A stretch of DNA of 64,000 nt. It comes from Thermodesulfobacteriota bacterium (GTDB lineage Bacteria > Desulfobacterota > Desulfobacteria > Desulfobacterales > C00003060). The stretch spans positions 64,001-128,000 of the forward strand of contig JAXHVD010000008.1 in the NCBI GenBank assembly GCA_034189385.1, given 5' to 3'. Positions 1 to 9,169 of this stretch are shown here, in pieces. Position 1 is the stretch's first letter, and each line of letters starts with the position of its first letter. Position numbers and translations under genes: made by a program. The notes beneath the pieces were generated by a model that did no database searches, was not told where the DNA came from, and was given only the letters and a program-made list of their open reading frames with translations.

Positions 1-444
1 CCCTCGGACCTTCTCATGGAGTATGGTCCCCACTTGCCGCTCTCCGGCCTTATAGAGGGCAATGACACGGTCCTTATCTTCTATGTACTGGCCATACTCA
101 GACTCGATTTGGCCAATAATTTGCCTGTCCTGTTCCGTTTGAGCAAGGGCCTTGACCTCTTTCAGCCTCTCCTTAAAGGCTTGTCGATACTCGCCCAGTT
201 TCTCGAGCCAGTCCGGATCGCCGTCCAAAAAGTAGTAGGAGACAAATCCCTTCTGGTTCACCAGGGCGCTTTCCAAACCCTCTGCGGTCTCAAGGGCTGC
301 TACATCTCTTTCCACCAGTCGGCTGACAAGGCCGTCCATCTGGTAGGTATACCACATCATGACAGAGCCGCCTGCCAAGGTGATGGCTACCAGAACAGCC
401 AATATCAAAAAGAGACGGGCCCGCAGACTAATGCGCTTCCACAT
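1..444 (-). CDS. Membrane sensor protein, N-terminal part only (probable histidine kinase with periplasmic four-helix-bundle domain); runs off the window
   Basis: Not in the ORF track. Hand translation from ATG 444 gives MWKRISLRARLFLILAVLVAITLAGGSVMMWYTYQMDGLV...LVNQKGFVSYYFLDGDPDWLE..., a TM helix followed by a helical periplasmic domain, open to the window edge. The C-terminus is unseen, so an MCP is not excluded. Confidence 0.65.
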   Translation of the reverse strand, partial: MWKRISLRARLFLILAVLVAITLAGGSVMMWYTYQMDGLVSRLVERDVAALETAEGLESALVNQKGFVSYYFLDGDPDWLEKLGEYRQAFKERLKEVKALAQTEQDRQIIGQIESEYGQYIEDKDRVIALYKAGERQVGTILHEKVRG

Positions 445-620
445 GTGGGCATTCCACGGCCCAAGGGGCAACAAAAACCCTCAGGCCCTTTTGAAGTGTT
501 CGTCTCCCACCCAGGAGAGATACCATGGGGCACCTTATCTTAACCTATAGGAAAATACTACCCAGCAGTCTTCACCATATGACGTTTTGGGAAGCCCACA
601 AGCCCTTCTCCTGCCCAGTG

Positions 621-2942
621 CTACCCTGTGACTAGAGTCTCCCTGGAAGTAAGGAGGTGATGATGGGTCTTTATCTCTGTTATTTCGATAACGCGCTCTA
701 CTGTTTGGGTAGCGGCTTGTGTTGGTTCTACGCCGGTCTCTGACACGCCACGGATCCTTTCAACAGAATAGTCCCCCCTTTTCTCTGCCCACTTTCTAGC
801 CTCAGCCCCGGCAATATGGACTGAGAAGCTCTGATGACCCCTTTCAGGTGTTTCACCGATGATGTGAACCACGACCTTGAACTCCGAAGAAGCGCGTCCT
901 TTGAAAAGAGCTTCGCCCACGGCATTACCTGCCTCCCCCCGCCCATTCTTTACTGCAATGGTTTCCTCGGCCACGGTATAGCCAGCCTCTTTGAGCTCCT
1001 TCCTCAGAGCCGCCAAGTATGGTTTCAGAAGGGTCTCGGCCATGACAGCTTTGGCGTTGAGGCCGTCGGAAATAACGATCAGAACATCAGGCCCCTTTTC
1101 GGCCCACGTCTTACTCAGTCTATCTAACGTGGCAACGGCAGCCTTGCTGAGGTCCCTGCCTGTATCTGGACGGGCGAAGTAGTCTTTCCGGTCCTCGGCC
1201 ATGGTTTCGATGACCACAGCCTTGCCGAGGGCCTTTACGAATTCCGGAGTGAACTCTGCCCAGAAAGATGCCTGGACGTCCCGGCAAAAAGAGGCGATTT
1301 CCTCGTGTAACGCAGGCTCCAAGTCCCAGAGGTTCTTCCCGTGACCCCTGGCGATGGGCACTCCTCTTGCCTGAACCCGATGAATGGCGGCCTCGCCTTC
1401 TGCATAGATCTCAGCCCTTGGGCGCTCATCTCCTTTGGCCATCCTATAGCGATAGTAGACCCAGACAGGATCCCCGAAGTGCTCCGTGTAATTGTCCTCA
1501 TAGTCAACGATCTCGATCCGCTTGAAAAAGCCCCACATCTCATCTCCCACCTTATAACCGAACTTGTGCCGCAAACGCACGTGGTCCTGATAGGACGTGG
1601 TGATATAGTGCAGCGCGGGATCGAACCTCGTGGGAAGGGCCTTTACGTAGGCCGGGTTGGCCGGCATGATTTGGTCCATACACCAGTCCAGGTCGGTGGG
1701 GCTTGCAAGCATGTTAAGCCTTGAGGAGACATCAACTCCCATGGTGAGGCCGTGGAGTTTACCCATGAAGATGTCTTCCAGACAGCACCTCACAAGCTGC
1801 TGTGGGGTGTTGAAGACTTCAGGCCCCAGGGATCCGCCAGCGTCATTGGCATGGGACCATACTTCTTTTTCTGGGGCGACTCTGGCCATCTCCTTTTTCA
1901 AGGCCCTTGAAAACCCATACTTGCGCGCTTCATGGATCACCATGTCAAAACCATTTCCTGCGCCGTGAATGAAGTCATCGCCCTGACCGGTTTCGTGGTA
2001 AAGTCCAAATATGCCGGTCCGCATTTTTGCATATCTCATCATCTTTTTAATAGAAATACCAAGGGCCTCGTTGGCATCGTCACATCCGGCCAGCCTTTGA
2101 AACCAGATGCCCCCCTTAATTTCCGGGTATGTTCTCTCAACCTCGGCCTGGGCATCTATGTGGGCCAGGGCACACCAGGGGATCACGTCTTGGAGTCCAA
2201 AGGTGACGATCACATCCTGGATGGCCCGTGTCATGGTGGCCACATTTTCGACAGTGCCATCCACAGGGTTTGCGCCGGCAACGAGATCTCCGGTGGCGTA
2301 ACTCCAGGCGTCGAAGATCTGCCACTGAATGTCCTCAAGGTGATCCTGTGGCGAATTGGGCTGGATGCGGGCGCTGAGGTAACCCTTGCCCCCGACGTTA
2401 CTTCCGGGCAATGGGTTGAAGACGGTCCGTCCCACAAGGGACAGTTCGGAATTGGTCATGAGTTTGGTGACGCAGCCAATGGCGTCACTGGTGAGGCCCC
2501 ACATGATACTTTTGATGTCCCCTTCTGGCCTGGTGAGAAGGAACGTCTTCAACTCACCCATGGTCCAGTCTTTGACTCCATGGTACTGGGCCTTGTCCGT
2601 GGTTTCTTCGATCAATTCTTGCAGCTCGTCTTCAAACAATGGATGCTCGTGAATATCCTTGATCCTGGTATGGGCAAGGAGCATCCGCGCATGGACTCGC
2701 GTGATGGGATCATCTGCAGCCACACGAATGGCCTCGTCGCCTTCCCTATAGGGATTGGCGGCGCCGATGACCTGCCGGTAAAGGGTACGATGGAATCTTC
2801 CCTTGATCCGCTTCACATATGCGAACACATCTTCGCCGGGCCTAACATCTTTTATAGTTACTGCAGCGGCGTGGGTGCCCAACGAAAGGCATCCCCAAAG
2901 CACGACGCCTGCCACAAGGCAGGTGCGAATCCACCTCAGCAC
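621..2942 (-). CDS. eutBC: Ethanolamine ammonia-lyase-like EutB-EutC fusion with N-terminal signal peptide
   Basis: EutB motifs SARIQPN, GANPV, CALAH, ETGQG, HEARKYG, LEDIFMGKLHGLTMGVD; EutC motifs YFARPDTGR, PDVLIVISDGL; hydrophobic N-terminus ending HAAA; AGGAGG upstream. Confidence 0.85.
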   Translation of the reverse strand: MLRWIRTCLVAGVVLWGCLSLGTHAAAVTIKDVRPGEDVFAYVKRIKGRFHRTLYRQVIGAANPYREGDEAIRVAADDPITRVHARMLLAHTRIKDIHEHPLFEDELQELIEETTDKAQYHGVKDWTMGELKTFLLTRPEGDIKSIMWGLTSDAIGCVTKLMTNSELSLVGRTVFNPLPGSNVGGKGYLSARIQPNSPQDHLEDIQWQIFDAWSYATGDLVAGANPVDGTVENVATMTRAIQDVIVTFGLQDVIPWCALAHIDAQAEVERTYPEIKGGIWFQRLAGCDDANEALGISIKKMMRYAKMRTGIFGLYHETGQGDDFIHGAGNGFDMVIHEARKYGFSRALKKEMARVAPEKEVWSHANDAGGSLGPEVFNTPQQLVRCCLEDIFMGKLHGLTMGVDVSSRLNMLASPTDLDWCMDQIMPANPAYVKALPTRFDPALHYITTSYQDHVRLRHKFGYKVGDEMWGFFKRIEIVDYEDNYTEHFGDPVWVYYRYRMAKGDERPRAEIYAEGEAAIHRVQARGVPIARGHGKNLWDLEPALHEEIASFCRDVQASFWAEFTPEFVKALGKAVVIETMAEDRKDYFARPDTGRDLSKAAVATLDRLSKTWAEKGPDVLIVISDGLNAKAVMAETLLKPYLAALRKELKEAGYTVAEETIAVKNGRGEAGNAVGEALFKGRASSEFKVVVHIIGETPERGHQSFSVHIAGAEARKWAEKRGDYSVERIRGVSETGVEPTQAATQTVERVIEITEIKTHHHLLTSRETLVTG

Positions 2943-3380
2943 AATCCCCTCCTCCTAAAAGGCACTCTGTGTATTTCTCCTCACGACTATGGCTCTGATG
3001 AGTAAAGGGACCACGACATCCCATCCCGGACGTGATCGTCCATCGGGCTTGTTGCCCAGCCTCCTTTTTGCTCGTCGTCGGGCCTTGTCCAGCAGGCAGT
3101 AAGCAGGCTCAAGAACTGCAACTGCCAGTCTTTTCAGACCACCCTTGCCCATGCCTCACAGCGGCGCAGACATGTCTCAGGCATTTTTTCTGCTCACAAG
3201 ATTGCCAGGCCAAGTGAAGTGTCGACCTGGGCCAACCCTTGGGAGGATCGCTATTTGCCATGGGGTTGAGACGAATAAAGGGTTGGAAGGATCGGTCAAG
3301 TCAAAGAGAGCCCTTTGGACATTTTCCAGATCTCTCTGTCTAACACGGATGGCCCAGAATTGTCAAGAGGGCCTTCGGCC

Positions 3381-3409
3381 TTGACACTGGTGGACCTTTC
3401 GACTATACT
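3381..3409 (+). promoter_or_regulatory. Sigma70-type promoter for acs
   Basis: TTGACA-17 nt-TATACT about 120 nt upstream of acs. Confidence 0.65.
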
Positions 3410-3531
3410 CACTTCGCCAAACATTGCGTCTTTACTACTTTTTTTCGTGGATCGGCACAATATTGCTTTGCCTGTCACGGGGGCTGTCGCCTTGACGGAC
3501 AATGAGCAAAGATAATGGGAGGGAAAGATTG

Positions 3532-5472
3532 ATGGAAGTGTCAGAAGAAGAAAAACAGGCATCCCGGAGCGAAACTACGGTGGCCCTGTTGGACGAGGCG
3601 CGGGTGTTTCGTCCCCTGCCCCAACTGGTGGTTGAGGCAAACGTTAATCCGAATGATTATGAAGAGGCTGTAAAGAAAGGAAGGAGCGATCTGGAGGGGT
3701 TCTGGGAGGAAGCGGCCGAGGACCTTCATTGGTTTAAGCGTTGGAGCAAGGTCCTGGACCGCTCCAATTCCCCTTTTTACAACTGGTTCGTCGATGCCAA
3801 GACCAACATCGCCTACAATGCCTTGGATCGTCACATGAGCACGCCGCGAAAAAACAAGGTGGCCATCATTCACGAGAAGGAGAATGGCGAACGTGAGCGG
3901 ATGACTTACTATGACCTTTATCGTGCCGCCAATCAGTTCGCCAATGTGCTAACGTCGTTAGGCATCAAGATGGGAGACCGGGTGGCCATCTATCTTCCGA
4001 ACATTCCAGAGATCGCCATCGCCATGCTCGGCTGTGCGAAAGTCGGAGCCATTCACAGCGTGGTCTATGGCGGGTTCAGCGCCATGGCCCTTCGGGAGCG
4101 CATTAACCATGCAGAGGCCAGACTGGTCGTTACGGTAGACGGTTTTCAGCGAAACGGCAAAGTCATCAAGCTAAAAGAAGTAGTCGACGACGCCATGGCG
4201 GCTTGCCCCACCGTGGAAAGCGTGGTGGTCGTTCAAAGGGCTGGCGTTGATATAGACATGTCTGATGGCCGCTATCTGTGGTTCCATGACCTTATGGCAG
4301 GGGAATCCCCGGAATTCCAAACCGCAGAAATGGATGCCAATGCCCCCCTTTTCATCCTCTACACGTCGGGGACCACGGGCAAGCCCAAGGGGGTCGTTCA
4401 TTGCCATGGCGGTTACATGGTAGGGATCAACCGAACCTTGAAATGGGTCTTCGACATCAAGGAGACGGATATCTTCTGGTGTGCTGCCGACCCAGGATGG
4501 GTTACCGGGCACAGCTATATCGTGTACGGTCCCCTGTGTGCGGGCACCACCACCGTCATGTATGAGGGGCACCCGCTTTACCCGGGCCCTGACCGCATGT
4601 GGCAGATCATTGATAAATACGGCATCAACATCCTGTACACCGCACCCACGACCATACGGATGCTCATGCGATTTGGTTCTCAGCACCCCAAGAGACATGA
4701 TCTTTCCACGCTTCGCATTCTGGGCACTGTGGGAGAGCCGATCAATCCGGAGGCCTGGATCTGGTACCACGACAACGTGGGCAAGGGAAACTGCCCCGTG
4801 ATGGACACGTGGTGGCAGACGGAAACGGGGATGTTCATGGTGACCCCCACGCCCTGCAACGTCTTAAAGCCGGGTTCGGCCTTCAAGCCCTTCCCAGGAG
4901 TCCATGTGGATATTGTTGACGCTGAAGGCGAGCCTGTAGCGCCGGGCAAGGGGGGATATGTGGTCGTGAAAGAGCCATGGCCCGCCATGTTGAAGACCCT
5001 GTACAAAGACCCTGAGAAATTCCAGGAGGTTTACTTTATGAGATTCCCTGGAATCTACCTAGCCGGCGATATCGCCACCCGCGATGACCAGGGTTACTTC
5101 AGGTTTCAGGGCCGCTCTGACGATGTGCTGAACATTGCCGGACATCGCGTGGGCACGGCTGAGGTGGAAAGCGCATTGGTAAGCCACAAATATGTGGCCG
5201 AGGCCGCGTGCATCGGAGTGCCTGATAAGGTGAAAGGTGAAGTGGCCAAGGTCTTTGTCACCTTGAAACAGGGGGTGGACGAAGACGAAACCACCCTGGT
5301 CAATGACTTGAAAGCCCACGTTCGAAAAGAGCTTGGCCCCATTGTGATTATCAAAGAAATCACCTTCCAAGACAAGCTCCCTAAGACCAGGAGCGGGAAA
5401 ATCATGCGCCGGGTCCTCAAAGCGAGGGAACTGGGGCTCAAGGAAGGGGACCTTTCCACCCTCGATGATTAG
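3532..5472 (+). CDS. acs: Acetyl-CoA synthetase (AMP-forming)
   Basis: LYTSGTTGKPKG, GEPINPEAW, DTWWQTETG, LPKTRSGKIMRR. Start placed at ATG 3532 after GGGAGG; the ORF is open from 3502. Confidence 0.95.
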   Translation: MEVSEEEKQASRSETTVALLDEARVFRPLPQLVVEANVNPNDYEEAVKKGRSDLEGFWEEAAEDLHWFKRWSKVLDRSNSPFYNWFVDAKTNIAYNALDRHMSTPRKNKVAIIHEKENGERERMTYYDLYRAANQFANVLTSLGIKMGDRVAIYLPNIPEIAIAMLGCAKVGAIHSVVYGGFSAMALRERINHAEARLVVTVDGFQRNGKVIKLKEVVDDAMAACPTVESVVVVQRAGVDIDMSDGRYLWFHDLMAGESPEFQTAEMDANAPLFILYTSGTTGKPKGVVHCHGGYMVGINRTLKWVFDIKETDIFWCAADPGWVTGHSYIVYGPLCAGTTTVMYEGHPLYPGPDRMWQIIDKYGINILYTAPTTIRMLMRFGSQHPKRHDLSTLRILGTVGEPINPEAWIWYHDNVGKGNCPVMDTWWQTETGMFMVTPTPCNVLKPGSAFKPFPGVHVDIVDAEGEPVAPGKGGYVVVKEPWPAMLKTLYKDPEKFQEVYFMRFPGIYLAGDIATRDDQGYFRFQGRSDDVLNIAGHRVGTAEVESALVSHKYVAEAACIGVPDKVKGEVAKVFVTLKQGVDEDETTLVNDLKAHVRKELGPIVIIKEITFQDKLPKTRSGKIMRRVLKARELGLKEGDLSTLDD

Positions 5473-6332
5473 CCCCTTTGAAGGTCCAGAACCTCAGCGC
5501 CCATATCATCGAGATCAATAACCATGAGCTGGTGTCTCAGGAGGGGCCTCTTTTTTAGGAGGATTCTTGTTGCCTCTGAACACTCCAAGGCCGCCAACAG
5601 GGTCGTGATCTGAGGCAGACAACCGAGAGAAGACTCTGCCCCTTGAGTGGGCAAGGACAGTGGATCGCCATAAATGACTTGAAGCCCTGGGTCAGAAGGA
5701 AAGATGGTGGTCACGTGACCGGAGAGGCCGGCAACGGCAGCTGACACCAGGGGACAGCCAGCCTGTTTTGTCGCCCCCTCTAGGACAAAGCGGTCCTTGA
5801 GACCGCCCAGGCAATCAATGGCCACGTCTGCATCGCCCAAGATCGATAAGGTGTTGTCCTCGTTAAGATAGCACTGGTGGACGTGGACCACGACAGAGGA
5901 ATTGACAGCCCCTACCCGTGTTGCTGCCTCCTGGACCTTTGGCTTGCCGAGCGCCTGTTCCTGGCTCAGAAATTGCCGGTTGAGATTGCTCTCGTCAAAG
6001 ATGTCGCCATCAACGAGTAGCAAGGTGCCTACACCCAAGCGGGCCAGAACCTCTACGACCGTGCCCCCAAGTCCACCCATGCCCACGACGCAGACAGAGG
6101 ACCGCAGGAGGGCCACCTGTTCTTCCAAGGAATAGACCCTCACATTTCTGGCGTATCTTTCCGGCACTACCCCGGCCTCCAAGGCAGCGATCTGCCCATC
6201 TCGTCCAGAGAGCCCCCGTCCTTGGCAGAGCTTCTTGAGGTCTTTCATGCCAATGGATCGGTAGGGGGTGCCATCTGGGTGGGTGGCAGGGGTGGAAACC
6301 TGCCAAATGGCTTGGCCCAGTGCCGCCCTCAC
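5469..6332 (-). CDS. ThiF/MoeB/HesA family adenylyltransferase
   Basis: VVGMGGLG, LVDGDIFDESNLNRQ; adjacent to two MoaD/ThiS genes; GTG start at 6332 inferred from GGAGG. Confidence 0.88.
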   Translation of the reverse strand: MRAALGQAIWQVSTPATHPDGTPYRSIGMKDLKKLCQGRGLSGRDGQIAALEAGVVPERYARNVRVYSLEEQVALLRSSVCVVGMGGLGGTVVEVLARLGVGTLLLVDGDIFDESNLNRQFLSQEQALGKPKVQEAATRVGAVNSSVVVHVHQCYLNEDNTLSILGDADVAIDCLGGLKDRFVLEGATKQAGCPLVSAAVAGLSGHVTTIFPSDPGLQVIYGDPLSLPTQGAESSLGCLPQITTLLAALECSEATRILLKKRPLLRHQLMVIDLDDMGAEVLDLQRG

Positions 6333-6337
6333 AGGGG

Positions 6338-6571
6338 TTACCCTCCGCCTACAGGGGGGAAAACGCCCACCCGTTCGCCGCCCCAAAGGACGGAAGAGAT
6401 GTCGGCCCTGATGCCATCTATGAAGATGAGTTTCACGTCGTCCAGGGGGATTCCCAACCGCTTTATGAGGGCTTCCACGCTTTCGCCCGACGTGATGGGG
6501 AAACGTTCTGCCTCTTGGGGTAGATAGGCCTTTAGCGAGGCAAAGAGTTTCAGTTCAATATGGGCAACCAC
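6338..6571 (-). CDS. moaD: MoaD/ThiS family sulfur carrier
   Basis: 77 aa, IELKLFASL at the N-terminus, C-terminal FPPVGGG. Confidence 0.85.
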   Translation of the reverse strand: MVAHIELKLFASLKAYLPQEAERFPITSGESVEALIKRLGIPLDDVKLIFIDGIRADISSVLWGGERVGVFPPVGGG

Positions 6572-6663
6572 GGAAACGGCCTCCAGCCAGTATCATGTCC
6601 TGAAAAGGCTCAGGGAGCCCGAAAAATGGCTTCACGGCCACCGGGCGCTTTCCAAAGACACGA

Positions 6664-6960
6664 CTAGTTCTTGTTCTTTTTTCCCCCCACCATGCCCAGA
6701 AGGAGCCTGTAGGGGCCGGGACTCCCCGGGGGTACCAGGGCCACGCGATCGCCATCTGTGAGCACCGTGTCCACGGGCCTGACCAGTCCGTTGACAAAGA
6801 CCGCCTCCACATCCCCGGGCAAAAGGTCCATCTGGGCGAGGAGGTCTTCCACTGTGGTTCCTTCAGCAACGTCAAGGGGGGCATTGATACATGGAAGCTC
6901 TCGGGCCTTGAGCTTCTTCTGTAGAAAGGAGAATGCGTTGAACAGAATGGTTGTCATCAC
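6664..6960 (-). CDS. MoaD/ThiS-like protein with C-terminal extension
   Basis: GTTVEDLL, VFVNG, LTDGDRVALVPPG, then the extension SPGPYRLLLGMVGGKKNKN. Confidence 0.8.
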   Translation of the reverse strand: MMTTILFNAFSFLQKKLKARELPCINAPLDVAEGTTVEDLLAQMDLLPGDVEAVFVNGLVRPVDTVLTDGDRVALVPPGSPGPYRLLLGMVGGKKNKN

Positions 6961-7009
6961 TTCTGCCTTCTACAATGATGAAAACTTGGGCTCCCAAGAG
7001 GCGATGGAA

Positions 7010-7047
7010 TAAAAAGAGCCCTGTGTGATCCGTTACAGGACTCTTTA
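7010..7047 (-). terminator. Probable intrinsic terminator downstream of aor
   Basis: Minus-strand stem AAAGAGTCCTGT...ACAGGGCTCTTT followed by TTA. Confidence 0.5.
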
Positions 7048-7085
7048 TGGCAGTCATTCACCTGAAAAGCGGCTCACCACTTACG

Positions 7086-7128
7086 CTCGTGCCCATCAAT
7101 CCAAGCGTGAGTCGTGGATGGGCACTAG
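7086..7128. repeat. Short internally deleted copy of the CTAG-GTGCCCATCCA inverted-repeat element
   Basis: ctcgtgcccatcaat...gtggatgggcactag has the same termini as 24368-24563; the terminal CTAG overlaps the aor stop codon. Confidence 0.6.
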
Positions 7129-8855
7129 CTGAATTGGACCACCTGTTGCAAGTCGTCGTCTGTGAAATCCCATGTCGTGTTGTGGGGGGGTAAAGGCTCT
7201 TTGAAGAAATCAGGGAGCCTGTCGTGGGCCTTGGTAAAACCAGCCCTGTTGTTGAACTCCCGCTCGTTTTTGAGTATGGAAATGCCCAGATTCACCACAT
7301 CGTCCGGTGTAAGCGACAGTCCGTACTGGGCGTTTAACAGGTCCACGATGGTCTGGACCCCGTCTTCCGTGTCCAGCACGGCAAAGGCCACGAAGAGACA
7401 AAGCCCAGTGCTGTCTATGGCAGCGGTGGCGACTTGCAGGTTTTTCGACACGTCCAGATTACCTTCCTTCTTGAGTGGGTCTATGTCGCCGCCAACCTTC
7501 AAGATATTGGGAGCCACGGCATAGCCTGCAGTGTGGTCGGCCCCCATGGCGGAGGTGCAGTAGGTTACGCCTACCCCCTTGACCGACCTGGGGTCATAGG
7601 CTGGAAGCGATTGGCCCTTTACCACGGGAATGCGATCTACGCCAAAGGCCCTTCCGGTGAAGGCAGCGCCATTTCCGATGATCTTTCCAATGGGATCACC
7701 AGAGGCGACCTTTCCAACCAGATCAATGGCTGCCTTGCCGTCTCCCCAGGGGATCAAGCCACCCTCCATGGCCACGGCCAAGGTGCAGCCTGTCTCAATG
7801 GTATCAAGGCCCATGTCATCGCACAGGGCGTCGAGTCTGGCCACATCATCCAATTCCTTGATCGTTGTGTTGGCGCCCAGGGCCCAGATCGTTTCATATT
7901 CAAAGCCCGAGGTCAGGACCTTCCCGTCACTGTCGCAGTACACGTTGGAGCATTGTATGACGCATCCTGGGTGACAACCCTCCTTGGTCTTCCCTCCCCG
8001 GGCTTCTATCAATTGGGCCATATGCTCCCCGCTGATGGCCTGGGCGTGTTCAAAACGACCTGACCTAAAATTCTTGGTGGGAAGGGCGCCGGCCTCATTG
8101 ATGAGGTTCACCAGGACGGCCGTCCCATAGGCCGGCAGGGCTTGGCTCGTGACGGGATGGGATCGCAGGATCTCTGCCCATCGCTTGTTGGCCTTTTTGA
8201 AGGCATCGGCATCGGCAAGGGGGATCCTGCCGGCGCCGGTGTCATCGATAACAATGGCCTTGAGCCTTTTGGACCCCATGACAGCGCCTAAACCGCCCCT
8301 GCCTGCTGCACGGCCGGGCCGGCCGTTGGGGTCGGCAAAATGGATGGATGCTGCTGTCAGGCGTTGTTCCCCTGCAGGGCCAATACTGATGACACCTTGA
8401 CGTTTGCCATATTTTTTCCACAATCGCTTCATGGTTTCCCCATTGCCAAGGCCTACATATTCGTCGGCAGGCAGTATTTCAACACCCTCCTTGCTGATTA
8501 CAAGGAGGGAGAAACCAGCCTCTTCTGGCTTATCCTCCAGAATGATGGCCTTAATGCCGAGTTTTGCCAGTTTTTGAGAAGCAAGCCCGCCGGAGTTGCT
8601 CTCCTTGATGCCCCCGGTCAGGGGGGACTTGGCCCCCACCGAGATCCGCCCTGAATTGGCTGCGGCCGTCCCGGAGAGCAGCCCCGGGGCAATAATCAGT
8701 TTGTTTTCTTTACTTAGGGGGTGACAGGTAGGTGGGACTTCATCTAATATCATTTTCGAAGTTAGGCCCCTGCCACCGAGGCCGGCCAGCTCTTCCCTTG
8801 GCTCTTCAAAGGTGAAGGTCTTCTCCCGCGTATTTATTCTCAGCAATCTGGACAT
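7125..8855 (-). CDS. aor: Aldehyde:ferredoxin oxidoreductase (tungstopterin family)
   Basis: KSPLTGGIKESNSGG, AAGRGGLGAVMGSK, CxxGCxxxC, EYET, CDDMGLDTIE, AYDPR, GADHT. Confidence 0.95.
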   Translation of the reverse strand: MSRLLRINTREKTFTFEEPREELAGLGGRGLTSKMILDEVPPTCHPLSKENKLIIAPGLLSGTAAANSGRISVGAKSPLTGGIKESNSGGLASQKLAKLGIKAIILEDKPEEAGFSLLVISKEGVEILPADEYVGLGNGETMKRLWKKYGKRQGVISIGPAGEQRLTAASIHFADPNGRPGRAAGRGGLGAVMGSKRLKAIVIDDTGAGRIPLADADAFKKANKRWAEILRSHPVTSQALPAYGTAVLVNLINEAGALPTKNFRSGRFEHAQAISGEHMAQLIEARGGKTKEGCHPGCVIQCSNVYCDSDGKVLTSGFEYETIWALGANTTIKELDDVARLDALCDDMGLDTIETGCTLAVAMEGGLIPWGDGKAAIDLVGKVASGDPIGKIIGNGAAFTGRAFGVDRIPVVKGQSLPAYDPRSVKGVGVTYCTSAMGADHTAGYAVAPNILKVGGDIDPLKKEGNLDVSKNLQVATAAIDSTGLCLFVAFAVLDTEDGVQTIVDLLNAQYGLSLTPDDVVNLGISILKNEREFNNRAGFTKAHDRLPDFFKEPLPPHNTTWDFTDDDLQQVVQFS

Positions 8856-8926
8856 GGTCTTCTCCCGTTGGTTTGCGTGATTAAGAAGGCGTCCTCAAGC
8901 TTTATTTGGCAGAAAAAACAGAGAGT

Positions 8927-8955
8927 AACCTATCAGGAAAGGCGCATTCTGTCAA
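8927..8955 (-). promoter_or_regulatory. Sigma70-type promoter for aor
   Basis: Minus strand TTGACA-17 nt-TAGGTT. Confidence 0.5.
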
Positions 8956-8981
8956 ACGGGAACGGTGTGGCGGGGAGCCGT

Positions 8982-9010
8982 TTGACTTGGGTCGTGGTTA
9001 TTGCTATTTT
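8982..9010 (+). promoter_or_regulatory. Sigma70-type promoter for exbB-exbD-tonB
   Basis: TTGACT-17 nt-TATTTT with an extended -10 TG. Confidence 0.45.
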
Positions 9011-9169
9011 GCGAGGTCAACCATGCCTTGGTCGGGCTTTGAGTCCGCAGTGCCGCGGCATGAAACAGTTTCCCATGGGCGGTTCGGCTGTGTAGGGCCC
9101 ATACCCTTGCAGTCCAGATGCATCTGTGCCATGGCAAGGGGCAAAGAGGTGACAGGAGGTTGGGCCGTG

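Noticed and set aside
16..543. 175 aa plus-strand ORF
   Set aside because: Antisense shadow of the minus-strand sensor gene.
1932..3005. 357 aa plus-strand ORF and similar long antisense ORFs (e.g. 34026-34844, 42228-42986)
   Set aside because: They overlap well-supported genes on the opposite strand and show no recognisable motifs.
3453..3467. Sigma54-like CGGCAC..TTGC upstream of acs
   Set aside because: GG-to-GC spacing is 9 nt rather than the required 10.
9011..9165. Cobalamin riboswitch upstream of exbB
   Set aside because: No B12-box or GGGAA/CCC core is recognisable.
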